Shown: positions 10,845 to 21,126 of the stretch, piece by piece
Numbering within the stretch: the stretch's first letter is position 1
How the letters are laid out: each line of letters begins with the position of its first letter
Origin: Candidatus Poribacteria bacterium
GTDB taxonomy: Bacteria; Poribacteria; WGA-4E; UBA9662
Reading direction: 5' to 3'
Length of the DNA stretch: 52,195 nucleotides
Assembly: GCA_046582655.1 (NCBI GenBank)
Contig: JAYGDX010000367.1
Coordinates: forward strand, 1 to 52,195
Notes under the pieces: generated by a model
Seen by the model: only the letters and a program-made list of their open reading frames with translations
What the model was told of the DNA's origin: nothing
Database searches by the model: none
Made by a program: the position numbers and the translations under genes

Positions 10845-11405
10845 TTGATTATAGTACAAGGGGATAACTTTCAATGTGGTGTTTGTGTGTTGCGAGTTAG
10901 CGTTGAGGAACCGCAAAATCTGATGTGCGGCCGGTTCAAGAGAGGGAAAGTTATCTCCGTGCCTCAGGGAGAACATCTGTACATCGGATCAGCCATGAAT
11001 AAAAAAAGGTCTGCTTCGCTCGCTTCACGACTTGTTCGTCATGCCACCAGAACCGGAGAAAAATCTCCACATAAAATTCGTCCTCGGATGATTGCGTTTT
11101 TCCAGCAGATTCAACTTGGAAACAATGATCTGCTGCCCAAGAGTCCCAAAAAAGCATTCTGGAACATTGATTATCTCCTAGATATTCTTTCCGTGGAAAT
11201 TACCGGTCTCATTGCTTTCCGAACGAATAGAAAGCTAGAAGCAAAATTGGGTGAATTCCTCGAGAATGACTCAAATACCTGGATTCTTGAGAAAGGTCTG
11301 GGAGCAAGCGATATTCCCGGTAACGCCCATTTCCTTAGCTTAACATCACAAAGTGACAGGTGGTGGCTGAATTTACCAAACCGACTTGACGCTATAATAT
11401 CGTAA
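10845..11405 (+). CDS. DUF123 / Uri (GIY-YIG superfamily) endonuclease-like protein
   Basis: GEHLYIGSA, LASRLVRH, WNIDYLL, GLGASD..AH resemble DUF123. Start (TTG) uncertain. Confidence 0.72.
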   Translation: MIIVQGDNFQCGVCVLRVSVEEPQNLMCGRFKRGKVISVPQGEHLYIGSAMNKKRSASLASRLVRHATRTGEKSPHKIRPRMIAFFQQIQLGNNDLLPKSPKKAFWNIDYLLDILSVEITGLIAFRTNRKLEAKLGEFLENDSNTWILEKGLGASDIPGNAHFLSLTSQSDRWWLNLPNRLDAIIS

Positions 11406-11443
11406 GGTTTTCCTTTGAATTAGGTTGAAATCAAACGTTACTA

Positions 11444-13090
11444 TCAAGCTTCTACTTCACCTGTTTCATCCGGCCCGAATTGGCGCATGGCCATATCCTT
11501 AATTCCTTTCAGGTCAAGTTTTCCAGTCCCTAACAATGGTAGTTCCTCAGTCTCGTAGAAACTATCTGCTGATGGGATGAAGATATTCGGCATTCCTTTC
11601 TCATCTGCCAGTTTTTCCCGCAGTTCGTTTGGTGTCTGTTGCAACGGCCTATGGATGATGATTAACCGCTCACCCCTCTTTTCATCGGGCACAGCCGTCA
11701 CAGCTGCCATGAGAGCGTCTTCATCAGTAGACTCGATGATTTCATTGAGCATCTCTTCAATCCGAACATGAGGTACCATTTCACCACCAATTTTAGAAAA
11801 TCGACTCACACGCCCGGTAATTCGGATAAAACCATCATCATCTATTTCAGCAACATCACCAGTACGGTACCAACCGTCTAAAATCACCTCATCAGTTAGG
11901 TCTTGGCGGCCATAGTAGCCTTTCATAACGTTGGGTCCTTTAATCCACAGCATACCAGAAGCATTGGTCCCAAGTTCCTCGTCAGTATCCAAATCGGTAA
12001 TTTTGGTTGTGACTCCGGGGATAGGCAGACCAACCGTGCCCTCTTTCAGGTCAATCTGGGAATTATCTGCTGAACGACTGGGTGGGACGTTAACCGACAC
12101 TAACGGTGATAACTCCGTAGCTCCATATCCCTCAACCGGTTGTATATTGAATTTCTCCTCAAAAGCGTCGGCCAAATCCTTTGGCAACTTTTCAGCACCG
12201 GTTACAATTACATCAACTGATGCAAATTCTTCCGGGCTACAGCGATGCAGAAACCCACGCAGGAATGTCGGTGTAGCTAAAAGTATAGTTCCTTTGTGTC
12301 GCTGACAGAGCTTGCCAATTTGTTTGCCTTCCAGAGGACTGAAGTGATAAGCGGCCTTGATGTCCAATGCCATTGTAGCCCAGAGAGTAGCAGTAAATCC
12401 AAATGAATGAAAAAAAGGCAAGATCCCAATCATGACATCTTCATGCCCCAGTTTAACAATTTGGTCGATAGCCTTGATATTTGAGCCAATGTTAGCGTGG
12501 GTTAGCATCACCCCTTTGGGAACACCAGTCGAACCGGAGGTGAAAATAATAGTCAATAGATCTTCTTCCTTGACTTCGTGTAATCCCAGATTACGTTCTA
12601 ATATTCCTGCGGGAGTAACACAAGCTGAGAATAATGCTGATAGCTTATTGAACAGACCTGCCTTGAGATCCGGATTTTCGCGAAAATCTTCTAAATAGAT
12701 AATCTCAGCTTCCAGATCGAGATCGAATTTTTCCCAAGCCTTGCGACTAGTGATAACATGTTTGATATGACATTGTTTCAAGCAAGCATTCAAAACTTCG
12801 GAGGTAGCAGTATAGTTCAGGTTAACAGCAGCACGACGATCCAAAGTTAATGCCAGATTGACAATAACTGCCGGTACAGTCGGGGGTAACAGGACTCCAA
12901 CGCATTCTTCATCAGTATCAAGTACATGTTGACGAAGTAGTTTGCGCATAATAAGCGTACCAGCCAGTAGTTTATAACCACTAAATTCCAGCCCCATAGA
13001 ATCGGCAATTTTAGACTGGCGACCTCGTTGCTTGCACCGACGAATGAAAAGTCGAGTCAGATTCATTTCATCTTGAGTTTGGTTTTCCAT
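11444..13090 (-). CDS. AMP-binding acyl-ACP synthetase resembling the C-terminal domain of Aas
   Basis: IIFTSGSTGVPKGV, LPFFHSFG, EGYGATELSP, WYRTGD, RFSKIGGEMVPH, LPLLGTGKLD. RBS GAGGAGGA favours ATG 13090. Confidence 0.9.
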   Translation of the reverse strand: MENQTQDEMNLTRLFIRRCKQRGRQSKIADSMGLEFSGYKLLAGTLIMRKLLRQHVLDTDEECVGVLLPPTVPAVIVNLALTLDRRAAVNLNYTATSEVLNACLKQCHIKHVITSRKAWEKFDLDLEAEIIYLEDFRENPDLKAGLFNKLSALFSACVTPAGILERNLGLHEVKEEDLLTIIFTSGSTGVPKGVMLTHANIGSNIKAIDQIVKLGHEDVMIGILPFFHSFGFTATLWATMALDIKAAYHFSPLEGKQIGKLCQRHKGTILLATPTFLRGFLHRCSPEEFASVDVIVTGAEKLPKDLADAFEEKFNIQPVEGYGATELSPLVSVNVPPSRSADNSQIDLKEGTVGLPIPGVTTKITDLDTDEELGTNASGMLWIKGPNVMKGYYGRQDLTDEVILDGWYRTGDVAEIDDDGFIRITGRVSRFSKIGGEMVPHVRIEEMLNEIIESTDEDALMAAVTAVPDEKRGERLIIIHRPLQQTPNELREKLADEKGMPNIFIPSADSFYETEELPLLGTGKLDLKGIKDMAMRQFGPDETGEVEA

Positions 13091-13493
13091 TGCGTTCCTC
13101 CTCATTGTTTTGCCACTTCCTTATGAAAGACGAATTCTGCTCTATGTCAAAGCCCCAACGTCCCTATGTTCCAGAAGTTTTCAGCTAACTTTGATTCTGC
13201 TTTTCGTCATGCTGCATGGTACCCAATAAATGAATAAATTCTATCATGAACGGCATTGACATACAACCAATCCGCCAGAAAACTACTGATATTCGTCCAA
13301 ATTTAGAATATCTTTTCAACAAAGTCAATAACGAACCAACTGAAATCCAAGCCAATCTAACGGCCGAGCATCCAGCCTTGTAACTGGAATATTTTGGATT
13401 GGCAGATCCATGTCTTTTTGGACACACATCTAGTCCGATTGACAGACATTGTTTAATAGTAATGGTAATGGATCCAAGGTGAAAACACTTCTC

Positions 13494-15986
13494 TCAACTG
13501 CGACCGAGTGTACCTTGATGCGTTGTTCCATTTGCTAACGGCAGTGAATAGGATGTCGACGATTTCGTAGGTCTTGGTGAAATCTGGATTGACTCAAAAG
13601 CGGATTTCCCCTTTGGTAATATTGTGTAATATCCACCCGGCTGCGTATCAAAACGAAGGATCTTTCCTGAGATTTCCTTGGTTTCAGTATCAACTCCAAT
13701 AACTGTGCAGGTCATGTCCCAAGGATTACGGATTTGACAGATCTCTCCTAGCCGGGACTCGACTTCGACAAACGCCACTTCCCCCTTGCGAATAGTACTT
13801 GTCACCATGAATCCCCCTCGGGCCAACAAACGAAAGGATGTATCCCAAGTCTTCGGCCAAGCAGGGAAAAGACTGATAACTTCTGGCTGGCCGGGATGAG
13901 GGGAAAGGCTCTGCAACAACGCATCTTGCAAAGTTGTGGTAATACACCCCAGATGCTCAATGGAGTGTGCCTGCTCTCCTTCAAAGAGACTAAATCCGTT
14001 CACCAATGGTGCAAATGATGCGTAGTAGCTGGCCAGGACAGACGGGAATTGATCACCACGCCCCACTCTAGACCAAACAATTGGTGTGCGGATGGCAGTC
14101 CCGAGCTTTGCCCCAGTAAAGATCCGTGGCATCCAGCGAGCAAGTTCCACTGTCTTCTGTACAATTTGATCTACCATTGGATCTTCCGTTTCCAGAGTCC
14201 AATCTTCAAAGGGAAATATCGGATTGAGCCATACATCTTCCGGGTTGTGCTGACCATCCACGTCCCCCAGCTGTCCAGCCGCCCAAGCATCATCTGCTAA
14301 GAAACCGCCTGTCAATGCTTTTGATCCGCGATCACACCCCATTGGATAAGGTGCCAGATTGTCAATCAACTCCTGCCATTTTGCCCTAAGGTCGGTATCG
14401 GTCTCCAGGATTTCAGCAGCACGTATCGCCAGTGGCACTGTGCCACGAATAGCGGCTAAATCCATGATACTGTTCTTAGCACCCCAAAAATCTTCATGAA
14501 CATTCGTTCCATGAAGATGGTATCGTCCATCGATCTCCTGCTCGACAAGGTGCCGGTAAAACTCTACCGTTCCTTTTAGAAGCGGATACACCCGGTCACG
14601 AAGCCATTCAGCATCTCCGGTATAGCGGAAACGCCACCATGCTTGCATCGCCAGTTCACTGCCAGAGGAAACAACGTGGCTGATCCAGGAGTAACGGCCG
14701 ATATGCGGATTAGTGACGACACGAAGATGGCTGTCGAATTGACAAAAAGAATAAGCGCGTTCAGACAGTTCCGTGTGTGCCTTTTTGCCCCGCAGAACAG
14801 CTTGAACTTCCAAGGCGACATCATCAGGCAGGATAGTCGGCCCGTCAAAAGACACTGTTTCCGGAAAGTAGGCGCCAACAATTCCCCATCGTTGCCAAGC
14901 AGCATGTTCACAATCCGACAAATGTTGATTATACATCGAAAAATAGGGATTAGTTAAATCAATGGCATCCGCGGCGAACAAAGGGAAATAGAGCATCTCA
15001 GTTGTCCAAACCCAAAATTGTGATCCCCACTGTCTTTTATCACCTTCAGTGATGAAAAGAGAACCGTTCCATTTTGGAGGAAGGATGCCACGCGAAGTCG
15101 AGGCCATATTATAAAGGTGCAGATTGCGAACACAGGTCATAAAATGACCGACATCCTGGTCAATTGAGTTGTCTTGAGGTTCGATATACACGAACGTTCG
15201 CTCCCAGAAACGATGCCACCAGTCCTGATGTTTCTGTCGAAGAACCTCGTACGGTAGATTTAAAGCTTCCTGTAACACATTGACAGCCATCATTCCCACT
15301 TTAGTTTGGGAAGACCATGAGGATGCACTTGAAACCACTATCTTTGTCTTTCCCACCATAGCAGGAGCAATAATGGTGTGGGCATTGTCACCTTTGCTGA
15401 TATGTGTTTCATCTGTCGCAATTTGAGCCGCTACGGCAGAGGCGCAGTAGTGATCCTTCTCGGTGAATTCCTGTGCAAGACAGATACTATCCGCAACATC
15501 CATAAACTTATGCTGTGCAGTATGTTCCTTTGTCTTTACTAAAGGCGGACGCCACATGGAGACTGTCAAATGTACTGGTTGGGGTTCTGATCGTTGGTCG
15601 TTAACTTCCAAGACGAGGACATCAGATACAGCGGAGATAAAGCACCGAACACTGATTCCGACACCAGCAATTGAAACTTCTGCGTCATAAAGGGAGAGTC
15701 GCTGTTCAAAAGTCTCTTGGCAAAATGGGTCGCCACCAAGGTCAATGATAAGGCTTGCACATCCTCCACAGTAATCGGTTGGTCCTGCCTGACGACCAGC
15801 ATGATTCTTGTTGACAGCAAACACATCGCAACGGTTGAGTTGGAAGTGGACAGCCTTTTGCGTTGTCCAAACAAGCGTCCCCATTTTCCCATTGCCGATT
15901 GGTTGTCCTTCAACTGCTTTTTCTACTGGGCTATGATAGATCAAATCTGCCGACGAAATTAAGGCACGATAATCAATATTCAGCAT
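13494..15986 (-). CDS. GH95-like glycoside hydrolase ((alpha/alpha)6 barrel)
   Basis: N-terminal PIGNGKMG, HQDWWHRFW, PKWNGSLF, WGSQFWVW, C-terminal LFPAWPKTWDTSFRLLARGGFMV. The ORF extends to TTG 16037; ATG 15986 is the more likely start. Confidence 0.75.
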   Translation of the reverse strand: MLNIDYRALISSADLIYHSPVEKAVEGQPIGNGKMGTLVWTTQKAVHFQLNRCDVFAVNKNHAGRQAGPTDYCGGCASLIIDLGGDPFCQETFEQRLSLYDAEVSIAGVGISVRCFISAVSDVLVLEVNDQRSEPQPVHLTVSMWRPPLVKTKEHTAQHKFMDVADSICLAQEFTEKDHYCASAVAAQIATDETHISKGDNAHTIIAPAMVGKTKIVVSSASSWSSQTKVGMMAVNVLQEALNLPYEVLRQKHQDWWHRFWERTFVYIEPQDNSIDQDVGHFMTCVRNLHLYNMASTSRGILPPKWNGSLFITEGDKRQWGSQFWVWTTEMLYFPLFAADAIDLTNPYFSMYNQHLSDCEHAAWQRWGIVGAYFPETVSFDGPTILPDDVALEVQAVLRGKKAHTELSERAYSFCQFDSHLRVVTNPHIGRYSWISHVVSSGSELAMQAWWRFRYTGDAEWLRDRVYPLLKGTVEFYRHLVEQEIDGRYHLHGTNVHEDFWGAKNSIMDLAAIRGTVPLAIRAAEILETDTDLRAKWQELIDNLAPYPMGCDRGSKALTGGFLADDAWAAGQLGDVDGQHNPEDVWLNPIFPFEDWTLETEDPMVDQIVQKTVELARWMPRIFTGAKLGTAIRTPIVWSRVGRGDQFPSVLASYYASFAPLVNGFSLFEGEQAHSIEHLGCITTTLQDALLQSLSPHPGQPEVISLFPAWPKTWDTSFRLLARGGFMVTSTIRKGEVAFVEVESRLGEICQIRNPWDMTCTVIGVDTETKEISGKILRFDTQPGGYYTILPKGKSAFESIQISPRPTKSSTSYSLPLANGTTHQGTLGRS

Positions 15987-16033
15987 TGTTATTGATGAAT
16001 ATATCCTGCAGTCAGGTAATGAACTTGGGGTTA

Positions 16034-17029
16034 TCAAGCAGACCCGTTATCATCTATGACAGCTTGAATCATAGCTGTAATGTAGCCAAACTCGTAAGCA
16101 AATGCCTGGCGACCACTCTCCGGATCCTTATGGCCGGGCGCGTGGTCGGGAACAACCATGTGTTCGTATCCTGCTTCCTTGAGCGCCCGCATATTACGGT
16201 GCATGTTCATAATACCTTCGTCAGGCCAAACTTCCTGGAATTTGTTCTTCCCGCCGATAATATTCCTGAAATGACAGAGAAAGATTTTCTTTCTTGATCC
16301 AAAATATTTGATAATCTCAGGCACCTCTACTGCAGGATCATCTGAACTCTCCGCCATACATCCCAAACACAAGTTCACACCGTGATATGGACTGGGACAG
16401 ATCTCTATAAATTTCTTGAATCCGTCGGCTCCTCCAAGTACCCTATCAACATCACGGTAACCGGCAGGCAACCATGGATCGCAAGGATGGCAGGCCATTC
16501 TGACTTTGCATTCGGTAGCTACAGGAATGACCCGTTCAAGGAAGTAGGTGATTCGTTCCCAGTTGGTTTCAGCACTGACAGGCTCTTCGTATCTCGATTC
16601 ACGATCCTTGGCCTCTTCTAAATCCCAAGTGCTATAGGTTGATCCACCCCGTCCCGGTGGTTTGCTTTCTGTTCGTTGATTTTCCATTTCGCAGAGAAAG
16701 TACTTAATTGCCGGTATGCCTGCTTCGGCCGCTTGTCGGACCATGTTGCAAACCAGTTCAATTTCTTGATCTCCCTCATCATAATTGCCAAGCATATAAT
16801 TGGGAACAGCACCACCATTGACATTGAGCTGAGCAATAGGTATGGCAACCATTTCCATATCGAGGCCGAATTCGGCACACTTCTTTTTCTTTTGTACCAG
16901 TTGCTCGATATCCCATCCATACTCTCGATGAAAAGTAATAAAGTTCTCATTTTTATTGAAGACTCCGTGTCTAACTAGATACTCTAGATCGGCATCTGAT
17001 GTGTTGAACTGTTGTGTTCCAACGTGCAT
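16034..17029 (-). CDS. uxuA: Mannonate dehydratase (UxuA family)
   Basis: WERITYFLERVIPVA, ACHPCDP, HFRN, VPDHAP, AFAYEFGYI. RBS AGGAGG. Divergent member, so substrate is uncertain. Confidence 0.8.
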   Translation of the reverse strand: MHVGTQQFNTSDADLEYLVRHGVFNKNENFITFHREYGWDIEQLVQKKKKCAEFGLDMEMVAIPIAQLNVNGGAVPNYMLGNYDEGDQEIELVCNMVRQAAEAGIPAIKYFLCEMENQRTESKPPGRGGSTYSTWDLEEAKDRESRYEEPVSAETNWERITYFLERVIPVATECKVRMACHPCDPWLPAGYRDVDRVLGGADGFKKFIEICPSPYHGVNLCLGCMAESSDDPAVEVPEIIKYFGSRKKIFLCHFRNIIGGKNKFQEVWPDEGIMNMHRNMRALKEAGYEHMVVPDHAPGHKDPESGRQAFAYEFGYITAMIQAVIDDNGSA

Positions 17030-17294
17030 TTGATCCTCCTAATTATATTATGTAGCTATTGAAAAGTAGGTGGCCATTATATAAATTCAAGTTCATTAGC
17101 TTAAAAGGTCTTTTGACCAGCATTATCATCTGTGATCCTGGAATAACATCAATTTTGGCAAACTATATAATTTCCCCAAAAAGTCGTCAAGCCAAAAGTC
17201 ACGACATAGAAATATAGGAACCTTCTTTTTGACCAATTGATATTCGTTAGATGGAACTGAAGTAAAGATTCTCTGTACCCAGGGAGCACATTCG

Positions 17295-19244
17295 TCAAGG
17301 CCAGAACTCGTAAGTTCGGATGCCAAGTGTAATTCCTACCAAACTCCACACGCTACCGATTATAAAATCTCCGAATGCCAGTCCAAGAAAAAACGGTAAG
17401 GCTTTACGATAAGCACCAAGTCCAATAAATCGCAAAATAATCCATTTAGCAACAAAGGCAATAAATAAACACGACCAAAAATTGTTCATAGCCCAACTAT
17501 TAGCCATCGCATACCCAAGTGGGTGCAATGGCCACCAGAGAAAACGCATTCTTAGCCAATAGATCAAGCTTCCCAAAAGGAATCCTCCAGCCATGTACCC
17601 CATTCCCATATGATCAGGCGGTACTGGATAAGTAAGCCAGTGTTGCAACCGTCGGTAGAGGTAAGCCACCATCCCACGTGGAAAAGGTCCAAAGTGCCCG
17701 GATGATGCCCCAATGGAGTAATACTGGTGCATCATCAACCAAAACGTTGTTAACGTTGCAATGGCTGTAACCAGTAAAACCGCCACTGGAATTCGCTTGG
17801 TGGAAATGTGAGTTCGTTCAGCAATTTTTAACCCTTCGAGGAGATGCGGCATGGGATGGCTCATGTAAGCTTGGTTGAAGAAACCGTAGATGGTGAACCC
17901 TGTTAAGTTGGCAGCTCCAAGTTGCCTGGTACCCAACACCGTTGTCAAAAAATGATCCGGATCAATTGCGGCAAAATCGTGAACGAGCGATCCCATCTCA
18001 GCCCTAAGTCGAGCGACCACCATTGCCAAAACGAGATAGATCAAAAAATAGATAGCGGCAACCCAAATCGACATACCTAACTTATGAGAAAAAAACACCA
18101 ATCCTACCAAGCCAGCGACTATTCCCCAAAAGGCAAATCGATACCCCATCATTTCGTTTGATTCTTCCAGATAACCTTTGTCGTTACCAAATCCAAATCC
18201 AAATCCATGCCGGAATATCAATAGAAACTGATGCCGGCCTAGCCAGACAGTGAATAAGGCAATGGCGAAATATGCGCCAAAGGATTGCTGATCATAGTAG
18301 GGGAAATGGTGCCAGCCAGCCATTGCCTTGATGATAAGCTGCGCCTTGTACCCCAAATAAAATACCCACCCGGATAACAAGACATCCAATGGTACTAAGA
18401 ATGCCAATCCAATCAAAAACGGATAAAAAGACAAGCGGACATCCCCCATCTCATTCCACGGACGGCTGGTAAAAAGATAGCCGAAACTGCGACGTTTAAC
18501 GGGGACGAAAGGGAACTGAGGATAGAGAGAATGCAAGCCGTTGACAAGGCTAATGAAAGCAGCTATTCCAAATCCTATCCACATGAATCTATTTCGGAAA
18601 AACACCATTTTTGGAGTTGTCATCTGCAATGGCAATTGAATCACAGGATAGGCCAGTTTTTCCTTCTCTGTCCATTGTTGGCGCAAAAAGGTATTCAAAC
18701 ACAAAAGTACAAACATAGTGACAACAAGGAACCCGATCCAAAGTAGCGTTGGCACAATCCAGGCACGAAGGATCTCCGACTGATAGACTGTCGTCCCGCC
18801 TTCGTAATAAAATCGGATTGCCTTTTGATCGTTGACCAAAGCCCAGTGTGGCAGGTAATTTCCAAACAACTGCATCCATTCATTTTCTTGGTCGGCAAAC
18901 CATTGGGCATGTACCATGAATTCGACCAGATGGTGACCAATTTTGTCGGAACAAATACAGGAACTAATGGAAAGAAGAAAATAGATAATCAGGAGTTCGG
19001 CCTGATTTAAGAATACACGCCCAGACAGTTTCCCCCAAATTTTGTTGGCCAGTATCAATCCCACTACAATAAAAATAACGTTTGAGATTGGTGCCAGCCA
19101 CGTTGGGAAAGTATAATGCACTGTCTCCTGTTGGAGAAGCCACATACTGTTAAGCGGAATCAACAACAGGGTAAGAAGAATCGATCGCAGTGTCAGTCCA
19201 CGGAGAACAATCGTATTTGATGAAGGAATGGTGCTCAATGCCAT
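17295..19244 (-). CDS. Polytopic membrane protein, DUF6785/DUF6784 type (putative OPT-like transporter)
   Basis: Many hydrophobic segments; RQQWTEKEKLAYP, PLDV, RLRAEMG, HPMP...EGLKIA, RFLWWPLHPLGY, PFFLGLAFGD. Paralogue at 35138-37078. Confidence 0.75.
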   Translation of the reverse strand: MALSTIPSSNTIVLRGLTLRSILLTLLLIPLNSMWLLQQETVHYTFPTWLAPISNVIFIVVGLILANKIWGKLSGRVFLNQAELLIIYFLLSISSCICSDKIGHHLVEFMVHAQWFADQENEWMQLFGNYLPHWALVNDQKAIRFYYEGGTTVYQSEILRAWIVPTLLWIGFLVVTMFVLLCLNTFLRQQWTEKEKLAYPVIQLPLQMTTPKMVFFRNRFMWIGFGIAAFISLVNGLHSLYPQFPFVPVKRRSFGYLFTSRPWNEMGDVRLSFYPFLIGLAFLVPLDVLLSGWVFYLGYKAQLIIKAMAGWHHFPYYDQQSFGAYFAIALFTVWLGRHQFLLIFRHGFGFGFGNDKGYLEESNEMMGYRFAFWGIVAGLVGLVFFSHKLGMSIWVAAIYFLIYLVLAMVVARLRAEMGSLVHDFAAIDPDHFLTTVLGTRQLGAANLTGFTIYGFFNQAYMSHPMPHLLEGLKIAERTHISTKRIPVAVLLVTAIATLTTFWLMMHQYYSIGASSGHFGPFPRGMVAYLYRRLQHWLTYPVPPDHMGMGYMAGGFLLGSLIYWLRMRFLWWPLHPLGYAMANSWAMNNFWSCLFIAFVAKWIILRFIGLGAYRKALPFFLGLAFGDFIIGSVWSLVGITLGIRTYEFWP

Positions 19245-19376
19245 CTCCCGGCATCATGTGCCGTTGAGTTAACATACTCGACTCGGTTCGAAAATGATAG
19301 GCTCAAAATAAGAAGCCAAAAAGCAGCATACTTCTGGTAAGAAATGTTATTTCTCTGACAAAATAAGGCAAATGTT

Positions 19377-20483
19377 CTATGAATTGGCTTGCTGGCGACG
19401 AATTCTGGCTGGTACGTTGTCATGCAGACTTTCTGAAGCTATGATCTGCAGTTTCCTGTCCTCCAAAGGCAAGTTGACTTTGACCCCACCGTGACGGTGT
19501 GATTCTCGCAGCGCAATCGCGATTTCTAGCGCTTGCCGTCCATCTTCGCCCGTACACTTTGGCGGTTGACCAGTTTCAATGGCATTAACGATATCAGCAA
19601 CAATTGTCAACCCCATTCCCTGCATTCTTACTGGCCATGGAAATGGGCATTTGGCTGGAACACCGCCTCCCCGACGACCACCAGGTATGGTGCGGATCAG
19701 TTCGAACTCTTCGGCGTTGTTAAGGGATCGAATTCGTCCCGTTGTCCCAATTACATCCACCTCCCATGACGAGGCGCCACAGGACATGCTACGAAGGTAA
19801 CCACGAACACCATTATTAAACGCCAGATACCCATTTCCCATTAAATCCTCCTCACCGGCGGCGGCTTCGTCCGATGCCATTTCTCCGAAAACCCATTCAA
19901 CATCCCCACCAGCCATGTAACGGATAATATCAATGGCGTGGCTGCCGTTAGAGGACAAAGTGCATGGTGTGTATCCGGTTATTTGCAGGACATCACCGAT
20001 TTCACCAGCATCGATTAACCGCCGTGCTTCAGTGAAAAACGGATTCCAGCGACGAGCGCAGTTGATTGCCAGTACAACATTATTTTCCCGGCAGGCATTA
20101 ATCATGGCGTCCGCTTCGGTTAAGCTTGTGGCCATAGGTTTCTCCGCCCAGATTGCCTTGACTCCGGCACACGCAGCATCTTGCACAATATTTGCCCGAA
20201 TCTTAGCTGTCGTACAAACACTAACGAGATCCAGCAACTCTTTTTCCAGCATTTCTCGATGATCGTTGTAGATGTGGTTCCGACCAATTCCCCAGCGCTC
20301 AGCAAAAAGATCGGCTTGCTCCTGATATGGATCTGATCCGGCGACTAGCTCAATATTTTGAGCAGCATGGTAAGTTGGTCCGTGGCAATAAGGTAGGAAG
20401 AGCGAACCGCCTTGGGTGATTTCATCATCAAATGTGCTACCCATTCGACCAAGACCAATCACTCCAGCACGATAGGTTGGCAT
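19377..20483 (-). CDS. Gfo/Idh/MocA family oxidoreductase
   Basis: AGVIGLGRMG, AIWAEKPMA, NGSHAID. Confidence 0.9.
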   Translation of the reverse strand: MPTYRAGVIGLGRMGSTFDDEITQGGSLFLPYCHGPTYHAAQNIELVAGSDPYQEQADLFAERWGIGRNHIYNDHREMLEKELLDLVSVCTTAKIRANIVQDAACAGVKAIWAEKPMATSLTEADAMINACRENNVVLAINCARRWNPFFTEARRLIDAGEIGDVLQITGYTPCTLSSNGSHAIDIIRYMAGGDVEWVFGEMASDEAAAGEEDLMGNGYLAFNNGVRGYLRSMSCGASSWEVDVIGTTGRIRSLNNAEEFELIRTIPGGRRGGGVPAKCPFPWPVRMQGMGLTIVADIVNAIETGQPPKCTGEDGRQALEIAIALRESHRHGGVKVNLPLEDRKLQIIASESLHDNVPARIRRQQANS

Positions 20484-21126
20484 AGGTTTTCCCTTTTATC
20501 ATTTCGTCTCATCAAGAGCTAACGACCTCATCAGAGATGTTGGTTTAAACTGGTTCTTTAGTAATTTTTCTTCAAACCGGATTCTGGTTTTAAACGGTGT
20601 ATTGAAGAGAGTAAAAATCCTTCTACAAACCATCTTTGGTAATAACACAGATGGTGAATTAAAAGAGCGAGCAACTCTTAGCTGAAAAAACATATGAATA
20701 AAAAGTAGATCTAATATTCTGGAAGTGAAACTATGAGCCCCTCTGGACTTTTAAATTAATCAGCTGTACTAATAGCTGAGTCATAGTGACCCATTCCTTT
20801 AGCATATTTCAATCTAATCCTTCATCAACTTCATAACTGTAAAATGAACCGGAGGTCCAAAAAGTAGGATCAACCTCCAATTGCTGGTGCGGCAAAACAG
20901 TAACATGAATAAAAGTTGGGGATGCCAGCTTCATTGGATCGACCGAAGACTTGATCATTAACCTCTCTAATTTTAGCCTGTAGTGTTGCCTGTTACATCA
21001 TTTACTCTACAGGTCGACCCTTAACTACCGAAGATCACACATGGAATTCCTCATCAGGTTGGATATTGGTCAATGCTTGACCTCACAAGTTGCAAATAGC
21101 AATAGTAGTCAAATAAAATCCCGGTT

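Noticed and set aside
13150..13430. Possible IS3-type integrase remnant (DRIYSFIGY) or the 80-aa ORF 13185-13427
   Set aside because: Similarity is limited to a few residues, with no terminal repeats or continuous frame.
18187..18207. (CCAAAT)x3 tandem repeat encoding GFGFGFG in the membrane protein
   Set aside because: Only three in-frame units; no evidence of a contingency locus.
20502..20534. Hammerhead-like core on the minus strand (CTGATGA...GTC...GAC-GAAA) upstream of the Gfo/Idh/MocA gene
   Set aside because: An extra G precedes stem II and I could not build stems I and III around a cleavage triplet. An Infernal search against Rfam hammerhead models would settle it.
20505..20545. SAM-I riboswitch-like start (CTCATCAAGAG) on the plus strand
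   Set aside because: The GAGGGA, GCAACC and GGTGC core elements are absent and the orientation is opposite to the adjacent gene.
20810..20960. 49-aa minus-strand ORF (MIKSSVDPMKLASPTF...EVDPTFW) after GAGG, faintly resembling a cupin N-terminus
   Set aside because: Too short and no metal-binding motif; cannot be supported without a search.
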